34,162 nucleotides of DNA from Escherichia coli (GCF_003334315.1 NZ_QOWR01000050.1), one strand, 5' to 3'; shown: positions 9,025 to 19,769, counted from the stretch's first letter. The notes: a model not told the origin generated them from the letters alone. Translations and numbers: made by a program.

Positions 9025-9791
9025 TAGCGTCCTTTAAAGTCGGGCGTGCGTTTTTGTAAGAAAGCGGAGATGCCTTCATGACGATCTTCTGTTGCCGCCA
9101 GCAAGGTGAATAACTGTCGCTCCTGGGCAAGTCCGGCTTGCAAAGCCACTTCCTGCGACTGGCGCAGCGCTTGCTTTGCCGCTTGTAAGGCCAGCGGCGA
9201 GTGACGTGCCATTTTCGATGCCAGCTGTAAGGCGTATTCGAGGGTTAAATCGCTGGGGAAGACGTCGCTAACCAGCCCGGCCTGCTGTGCTTGCTGAGCG
9301 GTGATACTTTCTCCGCTCAGCACCATTTTGCTGGCTAACGATTTACCGACACTACGGATTAAACGTTGCGTTCCGCCTGCGCCAGGCATGATGCCGAGAG
9401 TGATTTCCGGCAACCCAAAACGCGCGTTCTCTCCGGCAACCACCACATCGCACAACAATGCCAGTTCGCAACCCGCCCCAAGCGCGTAACCATTGACGGC
9501 TGCGATAAGTGGTTTATTAAAGGCCTGCAATCGCGCCCATAGCTGCGGACGTGTATCGTTTAAGGTGGCCGCGAGATCTTTTTCTGCCATTTCGTTGAGA
9601 TCGGCCCCAGCGGCAAAAAAGCGTGCATTACCGGTAATCACACAGACCGAAATGCTGGTATCGGTAGCCGCAGCTTCCAGTTCATTTACCAGTTGCATCA
9701 GCAGGGCATTATTTAGCGCATTACGTGCGGCGGGACGGTTAAGGGTCAGCAACAATACTCGTTGCTGACGGCTGACGATCAGTTCGCTCAT
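9024..9791 (-). CDS. paaF: 2,3-dehydroadipyl-CoA hydratase PaaF (crotonase fold), 255 aa
   Basis: 255-aa enoyl-CoA hydratase-family protein; start overlaps the paaE stop by 4 nt. Confidence 0.85.
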   Translation of the reverse strand: MSELIVSRQQRVLLLTLNRPAARNALNNALLMQLVNELEAAATDTSISVCVITGNARFFAAGADLNEMAEKDLAATLNDTRPQLWARLQAFNKPLIAAVNGYALGAGCELALLCDVVVAGENARFGLPEITLGIMPGAGGTQRLIRSVGKSLASKMVLSGESITAQQAQQAGLVSDVFPSDLTLEYALQLASKMARHSPLALQAAKQALRQSQEVALQAGLAQERQLFTLLAATEDRHEGISAFLQKRTPDFKGR

Positions 9792-10858
9792 GCCATCCCC
9801 TTCGCGTCAAAGTCAACCACCACATCGCTGGTCAGCGGCAGTGCCTGGCAACTCAACACATAACCTGCGGCCAGTTCATCCGGTTCCAGACTGTAATTGG
9901 TTTCCATCGCCACTTTGCCACGCAGCACTTTGCATTTGCAGGTCGCACAGACGCCGCCTTTGCAGGCATAGGGCAGATCCGCCCCCTGGCGCAATGCCGC
10001 ATCGAGAATGCTTTCATCGTCGGCATTAAGCACGATTTCCCGATCCCGCCCATCCTGACGTACAGTCACTTTTTGTCCGTCACTTTGCACGTTAACGCTA
10101 CGTTTGACGCGCGTGCCAGGCGTATTAAACCGCTCCAGATGAATGGTTTTATCTGGCATTCCCAGTGCTTTTAAGGCGGTTTCCGCGTCATCCATCATCG
10201 CCGCCGGACCACAAATAAATGCCTCATCATAAAGACGAAAATTAATGAGCGAGGCCCCAAGTGACTGTAATTTTTCACCGTCAATACGCCCGTGAAGCAG
10301 ATCGCTGTCGAGGGTTTCCTGACTGAAAATGCACAACAACTGTAAACGCTGAGGATATTTGTCTTTCAGGTCTGCCAGTGCCTGGCGAAACATCATGCTC
10401 TGGCTGGTACGGTTACCGTAGATCAGGGTGAACTGACTTTCAGGCTCGGTTTGTAAAGTGGTGGCGATAATCGCCAGCATTGGCGTAATACCTGATCCTG
10501 CTGCAATTGCCAGATAGCGCCCCTGGCGTTCGGCCTGCGGCTGATAGCCGAAATGCCCCTGCGGCACCATGACCTCCAGCGTCATACCCTGGCGGATGTG
10601 TTCGCGGGCATAGCGGGAGAAACGTCCGCCTTCAATGGCTTTCACCGCCACACTAATTTCGCCAGGCAGATAGCTGCGGCAAATGGAGTAACAACGGCGT
10701 AATTCTTCACCATCAAAGCTGGCTTTTAAGGTCAAATGTTGACCGGGGCGAAAGCGATACGCCTCCTGCAAAGGCTGGGGCACCGCAAAGGTAATGGTCA
10801 CCGCATCACGGGTTTCCGACTCGACTTTTGCCACTGTTAAGGAATGAAACGTTGTCAT
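9788..10858 (-). CDS. paaE: Ring-1,2-phenylacetyl-CoA epoxidase reductase subunit PaaE, 356 aa
   Basis: Ferredoxin-NADP-reductase-like N-terminal part and C-terminal plant-type 2Fe-2S motif CKGGVCATCKCKV; trimmed to the internal start MTTFHSLTVAKVESE (the track ORF overlapped paaD). Confidence 0.85.
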   Translation of the reverse strand: MTTFHSLTVAKVESETRDAVTITFAVPQPLQEAYRFRPGQHLTLKASFDGEELRRCYSICRSYLPGEISVAVKAIEGGRFSRYAREHIRQGMTLEVMVPQGHFGYQPQAERQGRYLAIAAGSGITPMLAIIATTLQTEPESQFTLIYGNRTSQSMMFRQALADLKDKYPQRLQLLCIFSQETLDSDLLHGRIDGEKLQSLGASLINFRLYDEAFICGPAAMMDDAETALKALGMPDKTIHLERFNTPGTRVKRSVNVQSDGQKVTVRQDGRDREIVLNADDESILDAALRQGADLPYACKGGVCATCKCKVLRGKVAMETNYSLEPDELAAGYVLSCQALPLTSDVVVDFDAKGMA

Positions 10859-10865
10859 GGCATCC

Positions 10866-11363
10866 TCAAATACATTTGAAATAATCGAAAGGTTCGCGGC
10901 AACTATCGCAGCGGTACAATGCTTTGCAGGCCGTGGAACCAAATTCACTGATAAGTGTGGTATGGACGCTGGCGCAGCGCGGGCAACGTACTTCTGGCGG
11001 CAAATGGGCATGGCAACTGTGTCCGGCGGGCGGGCTAATGCCATACTCTCGCAGACGCTCACGGGCATCGGGGGTCATCCAGTCGGTGGTCCATGCCGGG
11101 TCGAGTTGCAGCACAACCTGAACGGGGGTAAACCCGTTGGTTGTCATTGCCTCACGTATCGCGCCAATCAAATGTTCCGTTGCCGGACAACCGGAATATG
11201 TCGGCGTAAAGCCGATCACCCATCCTTCTCCCATCTGTGTCACATTACGCACCATGCCTAAATCAGTAATGGTCAGCACCGGGATCTCCGGGTCCGGGAT
11301 CTGGCTGAGTAGCGCCCATATCTCATGAACCTGTGGCGGTGCAATGGTGGCCAGACGTTGCAT
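10866..11363 (-). CDS. paaD: Phenylacetyl-CoA epoxidase accessory subunit PaaD, about 165 aa
   Basis: Cys-rich C-terminus (CPRCAS…CKALYRCDSC); start taken at MQRLATIAPP. The alternative start at 11384 would overlap paaC by 7 nt. Confidence 0.75.
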   Translation of the reverse strand: MQRLATIAPPQVHEIWALLSQIPDPEIPVLTITDLGMVRNVTQMGEGWVIGFTPTYSGCPATEHLIGAIREAMTTNGFTPVQVVLQLDPAWTTDWMTPDARERLREYGISPPAGHSCHAHLPPEVRCPRCASVHTTLISEFGSTACKALYRCDSCREPFDYFKCI

Positions 11364-11377
11364 ACCCATCTCCTCTG

Positions 11378-12124
11378 TTACCATTGCTGACCGGGCAAGA
11401 CACGCTGGAGATACTGCATTTCTGCCAGCATGGGTCCAAGGTGTTCGGTATGCAGTCCTTTTTTACCGCCAGTGCGATACGCCTGCTCTTGCGGTACGTT
11501 CAATGTGGCTTCGTTGATCCCGGCAAAAACTTCGGCTTCCCACGCTGCGCGTAAAGTGCGTGGATCAACCGCAATACCCTCTTCACTCAGTGCAATATCA
11601 ATCTCGTCGGCATCGAACAGTTCGGCGGTAAAACGCCACAACTTGTTGATGGCCTGCTGCATCTTTTGCCCTGATACGTCAGTACCATTGCCCAGTCGCT
11701 CCAGCCAGCCACGACTAAAACGCAGGTGATAGCGCGCTTCTTTAATTGCTTTGGCAGAAATCGCCGCCAGTTGCGGATCACGGCTTTCCATCAGACGGGT
11801 AAAGAGCGCCACATGCCATGCATCGATGAAATACTGGCGTGCAATGGTGTCGGCAAAATTGCCGTTTGGTTGTTCAACCAACAATAAGTTGCTGAACTGG
11901 CGCTCGTCTCGGGTGAAGGCCAGGGTATCTTCATCGCCTTCTCCCGCTAATTCAGCGGCATACGATAAGAAGTTGCGTGCCTGACCTAATAAATCGAGGC
12001 CAATGTTTGCCAGTGCGAGATCGATTTCCAGTTCCGGTGCGTGACCGCACCATTCACCCAACCGCTGGGAGAGCACCAGGCAGTTATCGCCCAGGCGCAA
12101 GGTGTAAGCCGTTAACTGATTCAT
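11378..12124 (-). CDS. paaC: Phenylacetyl-CoA epoxidase subunit PaaC, 248 aa
   Basis: Ferritin-like protein; trimmed to MNQLTAYTLRLGDN, leaving an 8-nt gap after paaB. Confidence 0.8.
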   Translation of the reverse strand: MNQLTAYTLRLGDNCLVLSQRLGEWCGHAPELEIDLALANIGLDLLGQARNFLSYAAELAGEGDEDTLAFTRDERQFSNLLLVEQPNGNFADTIARQYFIDAWHVALFTRLMESRDPQLAAISAKAIKEARYHLRFSRGWLERLGNGTDVSGQKMQQAINKLWRFTAELFDADEIDIALSEEGIAVDPRTLRAAWEAEVFAGINEATLNVPQEQAYRTGGKKGLHTEHLGPMLAEMQYLQRVLPGQQW

Positions 12125-12132
12125 TTCCGACC

Positions 12133-12420
12133 TCACATGTGCTCAATGCCATCAGGGATGGTGTAAAACGTTGGATGGCGATAGACCTTGCTTTCAGCCG
12201 GATCAAAAAATTCACCGCGTTCTTCCGGTTGCGAGGCAACAATTTCACTCGCCTTCACCACCCAAATTGAACATCCTTCGCTACGACGGGTGTAAGCATC
12301 ACGGGCATTTTCCAGTGCCATCCGCTCATCGGCAGCATGTAAACTGCCAACATGGCGGTGTGATAAGCCCTGTTTGCCACGCACGAAAACTTCGTATAAC
12401 GGCCAGTAAACATTACTCAT
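12133..12420 (-). CDS. paaB: Phenylacetyl-CoA epoxidase subunit PaaB, 95 aa
   Basis: 95-aa ORF MSNVYWPLYEVFVRGKQGLSHRHVGSLHAADERMALENARDAYTRR… between paaA and paaC. Confidence 0.9.
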   Translation of the reverse strand: MSNVYWPLYEVFVRGKQGLSHRHVGSLHAADERMALENARDAYTRRSEGCSIWVVKASEIVASQPEERGEFFDPAESKVYRHPTFYTIPDGIEHM

Positions 12421-12431
12421 TTTGAATCTCC

Positions 12432-13361
12432 TTATGCGACCTTACGGGCATGTTGTTTTTGTGCATGGGCCAGCGCTGCTTCCCGTACCCAGGTACCTTC
12501 TTCCCAGGCTTTACGTTTGGCGTCGAGCCTCTCCTGATTACAAATTCCGCGACCGTTAATTACTTCGTTAAACTCCTGCCAGTCGATCTCACCAAAGCGG
12601 TAGTGACCGCTTTCAGTGTCAAAATGCAGATCCGGGTCAGGAACGGTCATACCGAGCATTTCAACCTGTGGAACGGTGTTATCCACGAAACGCTGGCGGA
12701 GTTCGTCGTTGGTGAAACGTTTGATTTTCCAGGTGAGACTTCTGGCGCTGTTTGGCGAGTTATCATCGTTTGGCCCGAACATCATTAAGGCTGGCCACCA
12801 GAAACGGTTAATGGCGTCTTGCAACATCTGCTTTTGAGCTTCGCTGCCCTGCGCCAGTGCCATGCAGGCTTCAAACCCCTGACGCTGGTGAAAACTCTCT
12901 TCTTTGCAGATTTTCACCATTGCTCTGGCATACGGGCCATAAGAAGTGCGGCATAACGCCACCTGATTGACGATCGCTGCGCCATCCACCAGCCAGCCGA
13001 TAACACCGATATCAGCCCAACTCAATGTCGGATAATTAAAGATGGAGGAATATTTCATCCGTCCGTCGAGCATTTTTTGGTAGATGTCTTCTCTGGCGCA
13101 GCCCAGTGTTTCGGCGGCGCTATAGAGATACAGACCATGACCGGCTTCATCCTGCACTTTGGCCAACAGAATGGCTTTACGCCGCAAGGTTGGTGCGCGA
13201 GTGATCCAGTTACCTTCAGGCAACATACCAACAATCTCGGAGTGCGCATGCTGCCCAATCTGGCGGATCAATGTCTTTCGGTAAGCATCGGGCATCCAGT
13301 CCTGTGGCTCGATAGCCGTTTCCTGGGCTATCCGTTGCTCAAAGCGTTCTTCTTGGGTCAC
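12432..13361 (-). CDS. paaA: Ring-1,2-phenylacetyl-CoA epoxidase catalytic subunit PaaA, 309 aa
   Basis: 309-aa ferritin-like di-iron protein; first gene of the paaA-K operon, divergent from paaZ. Confidence 0.9.
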   Translation of the reverse strand: MTQEERFEQRIAQETAIEPQDWMPDAYRKTLIRQIGQHAHSEIVGMLPEGNWITRAPTLRRKAILLAKVQDEAGHGLYLYSAAETLGCAREDIYQKMLDGRMKYSSIFNYPTLSWADIGVIGWLVDGAAIVNQVALCRTSYGPYARAMVKICKEESFHQRQGFEACMALAQGSEAQKQMLQDAINRFWWPALMMFGPNDDNSPNSARSLTWKIKRFTNDELRQRFVDNTVPQVEMLGMTVPDPDLHFDTESGHYRFGEIDWQEFNEVINGRGICNQERLDAKRKAWEEGTWVREAALAHAQKQHARKVA

Positions 13362-13402
13362 GTCATCACCTTTACGATTCCAGTTTTCGTGAATTAATTA
13401 AA

Positions 13403-13417
13403 AACACGAATCACATT
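13403..13417 (-). promoter_or_regulatory. PaaX operator box in the paaA promoter region
   Basis: Reverse complement AATGTGATTCGTGTT matches the 15-bp PaaX consensus WWTRTGATTCGYGWT (recalled from the literature) at every position; lies 42 bp upstream of the paaA start. Confidence 0.6.
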
Positions 13418-13587
13418 GCTTTATGAAAGTTACACAGTGGTTAACTAAAATCACAAATTTTGTATGTTTGAACTGTGACGGATTTCGCACCCTATTTTTA
13501 TAACTCATTATTTATCAGTGCATTAATGTTTTTAGTAGTTGATATACAGATCGCATAGTTAACATTTCGTTAAAATACGCCTTGCCT

Positions 13588-13602
13588 TTTATGATTCGTG
13601 AT
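13588..13602 (+). promoter_or_regulatory. PaaX operator box in the paaZ promoter region
   Basis: TTTATGATTCGTGAT matches WWTRTGATTCGYGWT at every position; lies 44 bp upstream of the paaZ start, in inverted orientation to the paaA-side box. Confidence 0.6.
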
Positions 13603-13645
13603 TTAACTATTAGCAACAGAAATGTGAAACATCTGGAGAGTAGCG

Positions 13646-15691
13646 ATGCAGCAGTTAGCCAGTTTCTTATCCGGTACCTGGCAGTCTGGCCGGGGCCGTA
13701 GCCGTTTGATTCATCACGCTATTAGCGGCGAGGCGTTATGGGAAGTGACCAGTGAAGGTCTTGATATGGCGGCTGCCCGCCTGTTTGCCATTGAAAAAGG
13801 TGCCCCAGCCCTTCGCGCGATGACCTTTATCGAACGTGCGGCGATGCTTAAAGCGGTCGCTAAACATCTGCTGAGTGAAAAAGAGCGTTTCTATGCTCTT
13901 TCTGCGCAAACAGGCGCAACGCGGGCAGACAGTTGGGTTGATATTGAAGGTGGCATTGGGACGTTATTTACTTACGCCAGCCTCGGTAGCCGGGAGCTGC
14001 CTGACGATACGCTGTGGCCGGAAGATGAATTGATCCCCTTATCGAAAGAAGGTGGATTTGCCGCGCGCCATGTACTGACCTCAAAGTCAGGCGTGGCAGT
14101 GCATATTAACGCCTTTAACTTCCCCTGCTGGGGAATGCTGGAAAAGCTGGCACCAACGTGGCTGGGCGGAATGCCAGCCATCATCAAACCAGCTACCGCG
14201 ACGGCCCAACTGACTCAGGCGATGGTGAAATCAATTGTCGATAGTGGTCTTGTTCCCGAAGGCGCAATTAGTCTGATCTGCGGTAGTGCGGGCGACTTGT
14301 TGGATCATCTGGACAGCCAGGATGTGGTGACTTTCACGGGGTCAGCGGCGACCGGACAGATGCTGCGAGTTCAGCCAAATATCGTCGCCAAATCTATCCC
14401 CTTCACCATGGAAGCTGATTCCCTGAACTGCTGCGTACTGGGCGAAGATGTCACCCCGGATCAACCGGAGTTTGCGCTGTTTATTCGTGAAGTTGTGCGT
14501 GAGATGACCACAAAAGCCGGGCAAAAATGTACGGCAATCCGGCGGATTATTGTGCCGCAAGTATTGGTTAATGCTGTCAGTGACGCTCTGGTTGCGCGAT
14601 TACAGAAAGTCGTGGTCGGTGATCCTGCTCAGGAAGGCGTGAAAATGGGCGCACTGGTAAATGCTGAGCAGCGTGCCGATGTGCAGGAAAAAGTGAACAC
14701 ATTGCTGGCTGCAGGATGCGAGATTCGCCTCGGTGGTCAGGCGGATTTATCAGCTGCGGGTGCCTTCTTCCCGCCAACCTTATTGTACTGTCCGCAGCCG
14801 GATGAAACACCGGCGGTACATGCAACAGAAGCCTTTGGCCCTGTCGCAACACTGATGCCAGCACAAAACCAGCAACATGCTCTGCAACTGGCTTGTGCAG
14901 GCGGCGGTAGCCTTGCGGGAACGCTGGTGACGGCTGATCCGCAAATTGCGCGTCAGTTTATTGCCGACGCGGCACGTACGCATGGGCGAATTCAGATCCT
15001 CAATGAAGAATCGGCAAAAGAATCCACCGGGCATGGCTCCCCACTGCCACAACTGGTACATGGTGGACCTGGTCGCGCAGGAGGCGGTGAAGAATTAGGT
15101 GGTTTACGGGCGGTGAAACATTACATGCAGCGAACCGCTGTTCAGGGTAGTCCGACGATGCTTGCCGCTATCAGTAAACAGTGGGTGCGCGGTGCGAAAG
15201 TCGAAGAAGATCGTATTCATCCGTTCCGCAAATATTTTGAGGAGCTACAACCAGGCGACAGCCTGTTGACTCCCCGCCGCACAATGACAGAGGCCGATAT
15301 TGTTAACTTTGCTTGCCTCAGCGGCGATCATTTCTATGCGCATATGGATAAGATTGCTGCTGCCGAATCTATTTTCGGTGAGCGTGTCGTGCATGGGTAT
15401 TTTGTGCTTTCTGCGGCTGCGGGTCTGTTTGTCGATGCCGGTGTCGGTCCGGTCATAGCTAACTACGGGCTGGAAAACTTGCGTTTTATCGAACCCGTAA
15501 AACCAGGCGATACCATCCAGGTGCGTCTCACCTGTAAGCGCAAGACGCTGAAAAAACAGCGTAGCGCAGAAGAAAAACCAACAGGTGTGGTGGAATGGGC
15601 GGTAGAGGTATTCAATCAGCATCAAACCCCGGTGGCGCTGTATTCAATTCTGACGCTGGTGGCCAGGCAGCACGGTGATTTTGTCGATTAA
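13646..15691 (+). CDS. paaZ: Bifunctional oxepin-CoA hydrolase / 3-oxo-5,6-dehydrosuberyl-CoA semialdehyde dehydrogenase PaaZ, 681 aa
   Basis: 681-aa protein with an N-terminal aldehyde dehydrogenase domain and a C-terminal MaoC-like hotdog hydratase domain; GGAGAG ribosome-binding site before the ATG. Confidence 0.9.
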   Translation: MQQLASFLSGTWQSGRGRSRLIHHAISGEALWEVTSEGLDMAAARLFAIEKGAPALRAMTFIERAAMLKAVAKHLLSEKERFYALSAQTGATRADSWVDIEGGIGTLFTYASLGSRELPDDTLWPEDELIPLSKEGGFAARHVLTSKSGVAVHINAFNFPCWGMLEKLAPTWLGGMPAIIKPATATAQLTQAMVKSIVDSGLVPEGAISLICGSAGDLLDHLDSQDVVTFTGSAATGQMLRVQPNIVAKSIPFTMEADSLNCCVLGEDVTPDQPEFALFIREVVREMTTKAGQKCTAIRRIIVPQVLVNAVSDALVARLQKVVVGDPAQEGVKMGALVNAEQRADVQEKVNTLLAAGCEIRLGGQADLSAAGAFFPPTLLYCPQPDETPAVHATEAFGPVATLMPAQNQQHALQLACAGGGSLAGTLVTADPQIARQFIADAARTHGRIQILNEESAKESTGHGSPLPQLVHGGPGRAGGGEELGGLRAVKHYMQRTAVQGSPTMLAAISKQWVRGAKVEEDRIHPFRKYFEELQPGDSLLTPRRTMTEADIVNFACLSGDHFYAHMDKIAAAESIFGERVVHGYFVLSAAAGLFVDAGVGPVIANYGLENLRFIEPVKPGDTIQVRLTCKRKTLKKQRSAEEKPTGVVEWAVEVFNQHQTPVALYSILTLVARQHGDFVD

Positions 15692-15703
15692 TCGGTGAAT
15701 GAA

Positions 15704-15732
15704 GGGCAACGGCGAATAGTTGCCCTTTTATT
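15704..15732 (+). terminator. Rho-independent terminator of paaZ
   Basis: GGGCAAC (15704-15710) / GTTGCCC (15719-15725) stem with an 8-nt loop, followed by TTTTATTT. Confidence 0.7.
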
Positions 15733-15808
15733 TCACCAAATTTTGTGACGTTGTCACGTTATGCATGATGTGTATCTGTATTTTCAGGGCACCCACTGTA
15801 TGAAAAGC

Positions 15809-15845
15809 TGGCACACCTGCCAAACAACTTGGCAGGTGCAGGCAA
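15809..15845 (+). promoter_or_regulatory. Candidate FeaR activator site in the tynA promoter (two TGNCA-N8-AAA-type direct repeats, 21 bp apart)
   Basis: TGGCA-cacctgcc-AAA at 15809-15824 and TGGCA-ggtgcagg-CAA at 15830-15845; the motif is the FeaR recognition pattern as I recall it from the literature. Confidence 0.5.
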
Positions 15846-15938
15846 TCCCCTTTACATCAGTGCTGATAATGTGAACCTGACTAAACCGCCCACAGAGCGC
15901 GGTTGCTAACAAGAACACAACATCTGACGAGGTTAATA

Positions 15939-18212
15939 ATGGGAAGCCCCTCTCTGTATTCTGCCCGTAAAACAACCCTGGCGTTGGCAGTCGCCTTAAG
16001 TTTCGCCTGGCAAGCGCCGGTATTTGCCCACGGTGGTGAAGCGCATATGGTGCCAATGGATAAAACGCTTAAAGAATTTGGTGCCGATGTGCAGTGGGAC
16101 GACTACGCCCAGCTCTTTACCCTGATTAAAGATGGCGCGTACGTGAAAGTGAAGCCTGGTGCGCAAACAGCAATTGTTAATGGTCAGCCTCTGGCACTGC
16201 AAGTACCGGTAGTGATGAAAGACAATAAAGCCTGGGTTTCTGACACCTTTATTAACGATGTTTTCCAGTCCGGGCTGGATCAAACCTTTCAGGTAGAAAA
16301 GCGCCCTCACCCACTTAATGCGCTAACTGCGGACGAAATTAAACAGGCCGTTGAAATTGTTAAAGCTTCCGCGGACTTCAAACCCAATACCCGTTTTACT
16401 GAGATCTCCCTGCTACCGCCAGATAAAGAAGCTGTCTGGGCGTTTGCGCTGGAAAACAAACCGGTTGACCAGCCGCGCAAAGCCGACGTCATTATGCTCG
16501 ACGGCAAACATATCATCGAAGCGGTGGTGGATCTGCAAAACAACAAACTGCTCTCCTGGCAACCCATTAAAGACGCCCACGGTATGGTGTTGCTGGATGA
16601 TTTCGCCAGTGTGCAGAACATTATTAACAACAGTGAAGAATTTGCCGCTGCCGTGAAGAAACGCGGTATTACTGATGCGAAAAAAGTGATTACCACGCCG
16701 CTGACCGTAGGTTATTTCGATGGTAAAGATGGCCTGAAACAAGATGCCCGGTTGCTCAAAGTCATCAGCTATCTTGATGTCGGTGATGGCAACTACTGGG
16801 CACATCCCATCGAAAACCTGGTGGCGGTCGTTGATTTAGAACAGAAAAAAATCGTTAAGATTGAAGAAGGTCCGGTAGTTCCGGTGCCAATGACCGCACG
16901 CCCATTTGATGGCCGTGACCGCGTTGCTCCGGCAGTTAAGCCTATGCAAATCATTGAGCCTGAAGGTAAAAATTACACCATTACTGGCGATATGATTCAC
17001 TGGCGGAACTGGGATTTTCACCTCAGCATGAACTCTCGCGTAGGGCCGATGATCTCCACCGTGACTTATAACGACAATGGCACCAAACGCAAAGTCATGT
17101 ACGAAGGTTCTCTCGGCGGCATGATTGTGCCTTACGGTGATCCTGATATTGGCTGGTACTTTAAAGCGTATCTGGACTCTGGTGACTACGGTATGGGCAC
17201 GCTAACCTCACCAATTGCTCGTGGTAAAGATGCCCCGTCTAACGCAGTGCTCCTTAATGAAACCATCGCCGACTACACTGGCGTGCCGATGGAGATCCCT
17301 CGCGCTATCGCGGTATTTGAACGTTATGCCGGGCCGGAGTATAAGCATCAGGAAATGGGCCAGCCCAACGTCAGTACCGAACGCCGGGAGTTAGTGGTGC
17401 GCTGGATCAGTACAGTGGGTAACTATGACTACATTTTTGACTGGATCTTCCATGAAAACGGCACTATTGGCATCGATGCCGGTGCTACGGGCATCGAAGC
17501 GGTGAAAGGTGTTAAAGCGAAAACCATGCACGATGAGACGGCGAAAGATGACACGCGCTACGGCACGCTTATCGATCACAATATCGTGGGTACTACACAC
17601 CAACATATTTATAATTTCCGCCTCGATCTGGATGTAGATGGCGAGAATAACAGCCTGGTGGCGATGGACCCAGTGGTAAAACCGAATACTGCCGGTGGCC
17701 CACGCACCAGTACCATGCAAGTTAATCAGTACAACATCGGCAATGAACAGGATGCCGCACAGAAATTTGATCCGGGCACGATTCGTCTGTTGAGTAACCC
17801 GAACAAAGAGAACCGCATGGGCAATCCGGTTTCCTATCAAATTATTCCTTATGCAGGTGGTACTCACCCGGTAGCAAAAGGTGCCCAGTTCGCGCCGGAC
17901 GAGTGGATCTATCATCGTTTAAGCTTTATGGACAAGCAGCTCTGGGTAACGCGTTATCATCCTGGCGAGCGTTTCCCGGAAGGCAAATATCCGAACCGTT
18001 CTACTCATGACACCGGTCTTGGACAATACAGTAAGGATAACGAGTCGCTGGACAACACCGACGCCGTTGTCTGGATGACCACCGGCACCACACATGTGGC
18101 CCGCGCCGAAGAGTGGCCGATTATGCCGACCGAATGGGTACATACTCTGCTGAAACCATGGAACTTCTTTGACGAAACGCCAACGCTAGGGGCGCTGAAG
18201 AAAGATAAGTGA
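15939..18212 (+). CDS. tynA: Periplasmic copper/topaquinone primary amine oxidase TynA, 757 aa
   Basis: Signal peptide MGSPSLYSARKTTLALAVALSFAWQAPVFA and the topaquinone precursor motif NYDY (…TVGNYDYIFDW…). Start trimmed from the track's 15903 to the ATG at 15939, which has a GAGG site. Confidence 0.9.
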   Translation: MGSPSLYSARKTTLALAVALSFAWQAPVFAHGGEAHMVPMDKTLKEFGADVQWDDYAQLFTLIKDGAYVKVKPGAQTAIVNGQPLALQVPVVMKDNKAWVSDTFINDVFQSGLDQTFQVEKRPHPLNALTADEIKQAVEIVKASADFKPNTRFTEISLLPPDKEAVWAFALENKPVDQPRKADVIMLDGKHIIEAVVDLQNNKLLSWQPIKDAHGMVLLDDFASVQNIINNSEEFAAAVKKRGITDAKKVITTPLTVGYFDGKDGLKQDARLLKVISYLDVGDGNYWAHPIENLVAVVDLEQKKIVKIEEGPVVPVPMTARPFDGRDRVAPAVKPMQIIEPEGKNYTITGDMIHWRNWDFHLSMNSRVGPMISTVTYNDNGTKRKVMYEGSLGGMIVPYGDPDIGWYFKAYLDSGDYGMGTLTSPIARGKDAPSNAVLLNETIADYTGVPMEIPRAIAVFERYAGPEYKHQEMGQPNVSTERRELVVRWISTVGNYDYIFDWIFHENGTIGIDAGATGIEAVKGVKAKTMHDETAKDDTRYGTLIDHNIVGTTHQHIYNFRLDLDVDGENNSLVAMDPVVKPNTAGGPRTSTMQVNQYNIGNEQDAAQKFDPGTIRLLSNPNKENRMGNPVSYQIIPYAGGTHPVAKGAQFAPDEWIYHRLSFMDKQLWVTRYHPGERFPEGKYPNRSTHDTGLGQYSKDNESLDNTDAVVWMTTGTTHVARAEEWPIMPTEWVHTLLKPWNFFDETPTLGALKKDK

Positions 18213-18223
18213 TTGTTTCAGAC

Positions 18224-18251
18224 AAAAAAACGGCACCAGGTGCCGTTTTTT
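18224..18251. terminator. Bidirectional rho-independent terminator between convergent tynA and feaB
   Basis: A7 (18224-18230), stem CGGCACC / GGTGCCG, then T6 (18246-18251). Confidence 0.75.
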
Positions 18252-18269
18252 ACTTATGAGCGAACCAGA

Positions 18270-19769
18270 TTAATACCGTACACACACCGACTTAGTTTCA
18301 CACCAACCGTCCAGCCAGTCGGGGCCAAAATCACGGCCCGTTCCTGACTGCTTCATCCCACCAAACGGTAAGTTAGCGTCAATTAAGGTATGGCTGTTTA
18401 CCCACACCGTCCCTGCCTGTAAGCGATCGCTATATTCCAGAGCCTGGGAGAGATTTTGCGTCCAGACACTGGCAGTTAAGCCATATTCCGTGTCGTTTGC
18501 CAGTTGTAACGCCTCTTCTCCATCCGCTACTCGCACCAGGTTTACCACCGGACCAAACACCTCTTCACGAGTTAAGCGCAATTTAGCATCGGGATTTACC
18601 ACCAGCGTTGGCGCAACATAATACCCCTCTCCGGCTGGTCCATTCGACCCGCGAATCAGCTCTGCTTGCTGTGCCTGCGCATCGTCGAGGAATGAACACA
18701 CTTTGTCGCAGTGCGCACGAGAAACCAAAGGGTTAATCTGTGCAACAGGTGACATCCCCGGTCCCACTTGCAACGATTTTACCGCCTGCTCAAATCCACT
18801 AACCAGCGTGTCAAACAACGGCGCTTCAATATAAATTCGCGAACTGGCGGCGCATACTTGCCCTTGATTCAGGAAGCTTCCGGTCATCAAGCCTTCAATA
18901 ACCCATTGCGGATCAGCATCTTTTAATACAATTGCCGGGTTTTTACCGCCCAGTTCCAGCGTTACACGCGTTAAGTGATCAGCAGCAGTTCTGGCAATAC
19001 CTTTTCCCGTCGCGGTTGAACCGGTAAAACTGATTTTCGCAACATGAGGATGTGACGTCAGGGCCGCGCCGCATACAGCACCTGACCCGGTGACGACATT
19101 AAAAACGCCATCAGGGATACCAGCCTCGCTGGCCAGTTCCGCCACGCGCAACATCGTCAGTGGCGTGGTTTCCGAAGGCTTAATCACGATTGAACAGCCT
19201 GCTGCCAGTGCTGGCATCACCTTCCACATACCAATCATCAACGGAAAGTTCCATGGCACAATTCCCGCCACTACGCCAACCGGCTCTTTACGCGTCCAGG
19301 CCTGATAACGCGCCCCCTGGGGTAAGGGAATCGACAAGTCCAGCGTTTTACCCGCGATTTTGGTCGTTAACCCGGCGGTATAACGCATCCAGTTCAGCGT
19401 ACAGCCCACTTCAAAAGCACGGGAAATGGCAATTGACTTGCCTTGCTCCAGGGTTTCCAGTTGCGCCAGCTCCTCACTGTGCTGCTCCACCAGATCAGCA
19501 AAACGTAGCAGAATACGTTCACGCTCTGCGGGTAATCGCCCGGCCCAGCGACGCGAGACAAAGGCCCGCCAGGCAGACATGACTGCGTTATCTACATCCG
19601 CTTCGTTGGCATCAGCAGTAGACGCAATTTCTTGCCCGGTGGCCGGATCAAAGATCGCCAACCGTTTTTCACTTTGTGCGGGGCCAGGACGACCATCAAT
19701 ATAAAGACCGTGTTGACGATCGAGAAACTGTTGGACCTGGCTTAATACTGCTACATGCGGCTCTGTCAT
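18270..19769 (-). CDS. feaB: Phenylacetaldehyde dehydrogenase FeaB, 499 aa
   Basis: Aldehyde dehydrogenase motifs ELGGKNP and catalytic Cys GQVCAASS. Start is at the second of two adjacent Met codons (the track gives 500 aa from 19772). Confidence 0.9.

Noticed and set aside
16307-17915. Minus-strand ORFs of 104-174 aa inside tynA
   Set aside because: Antisense to a confidently identified gene, with no ribosome-binding site and no recognisable domain.
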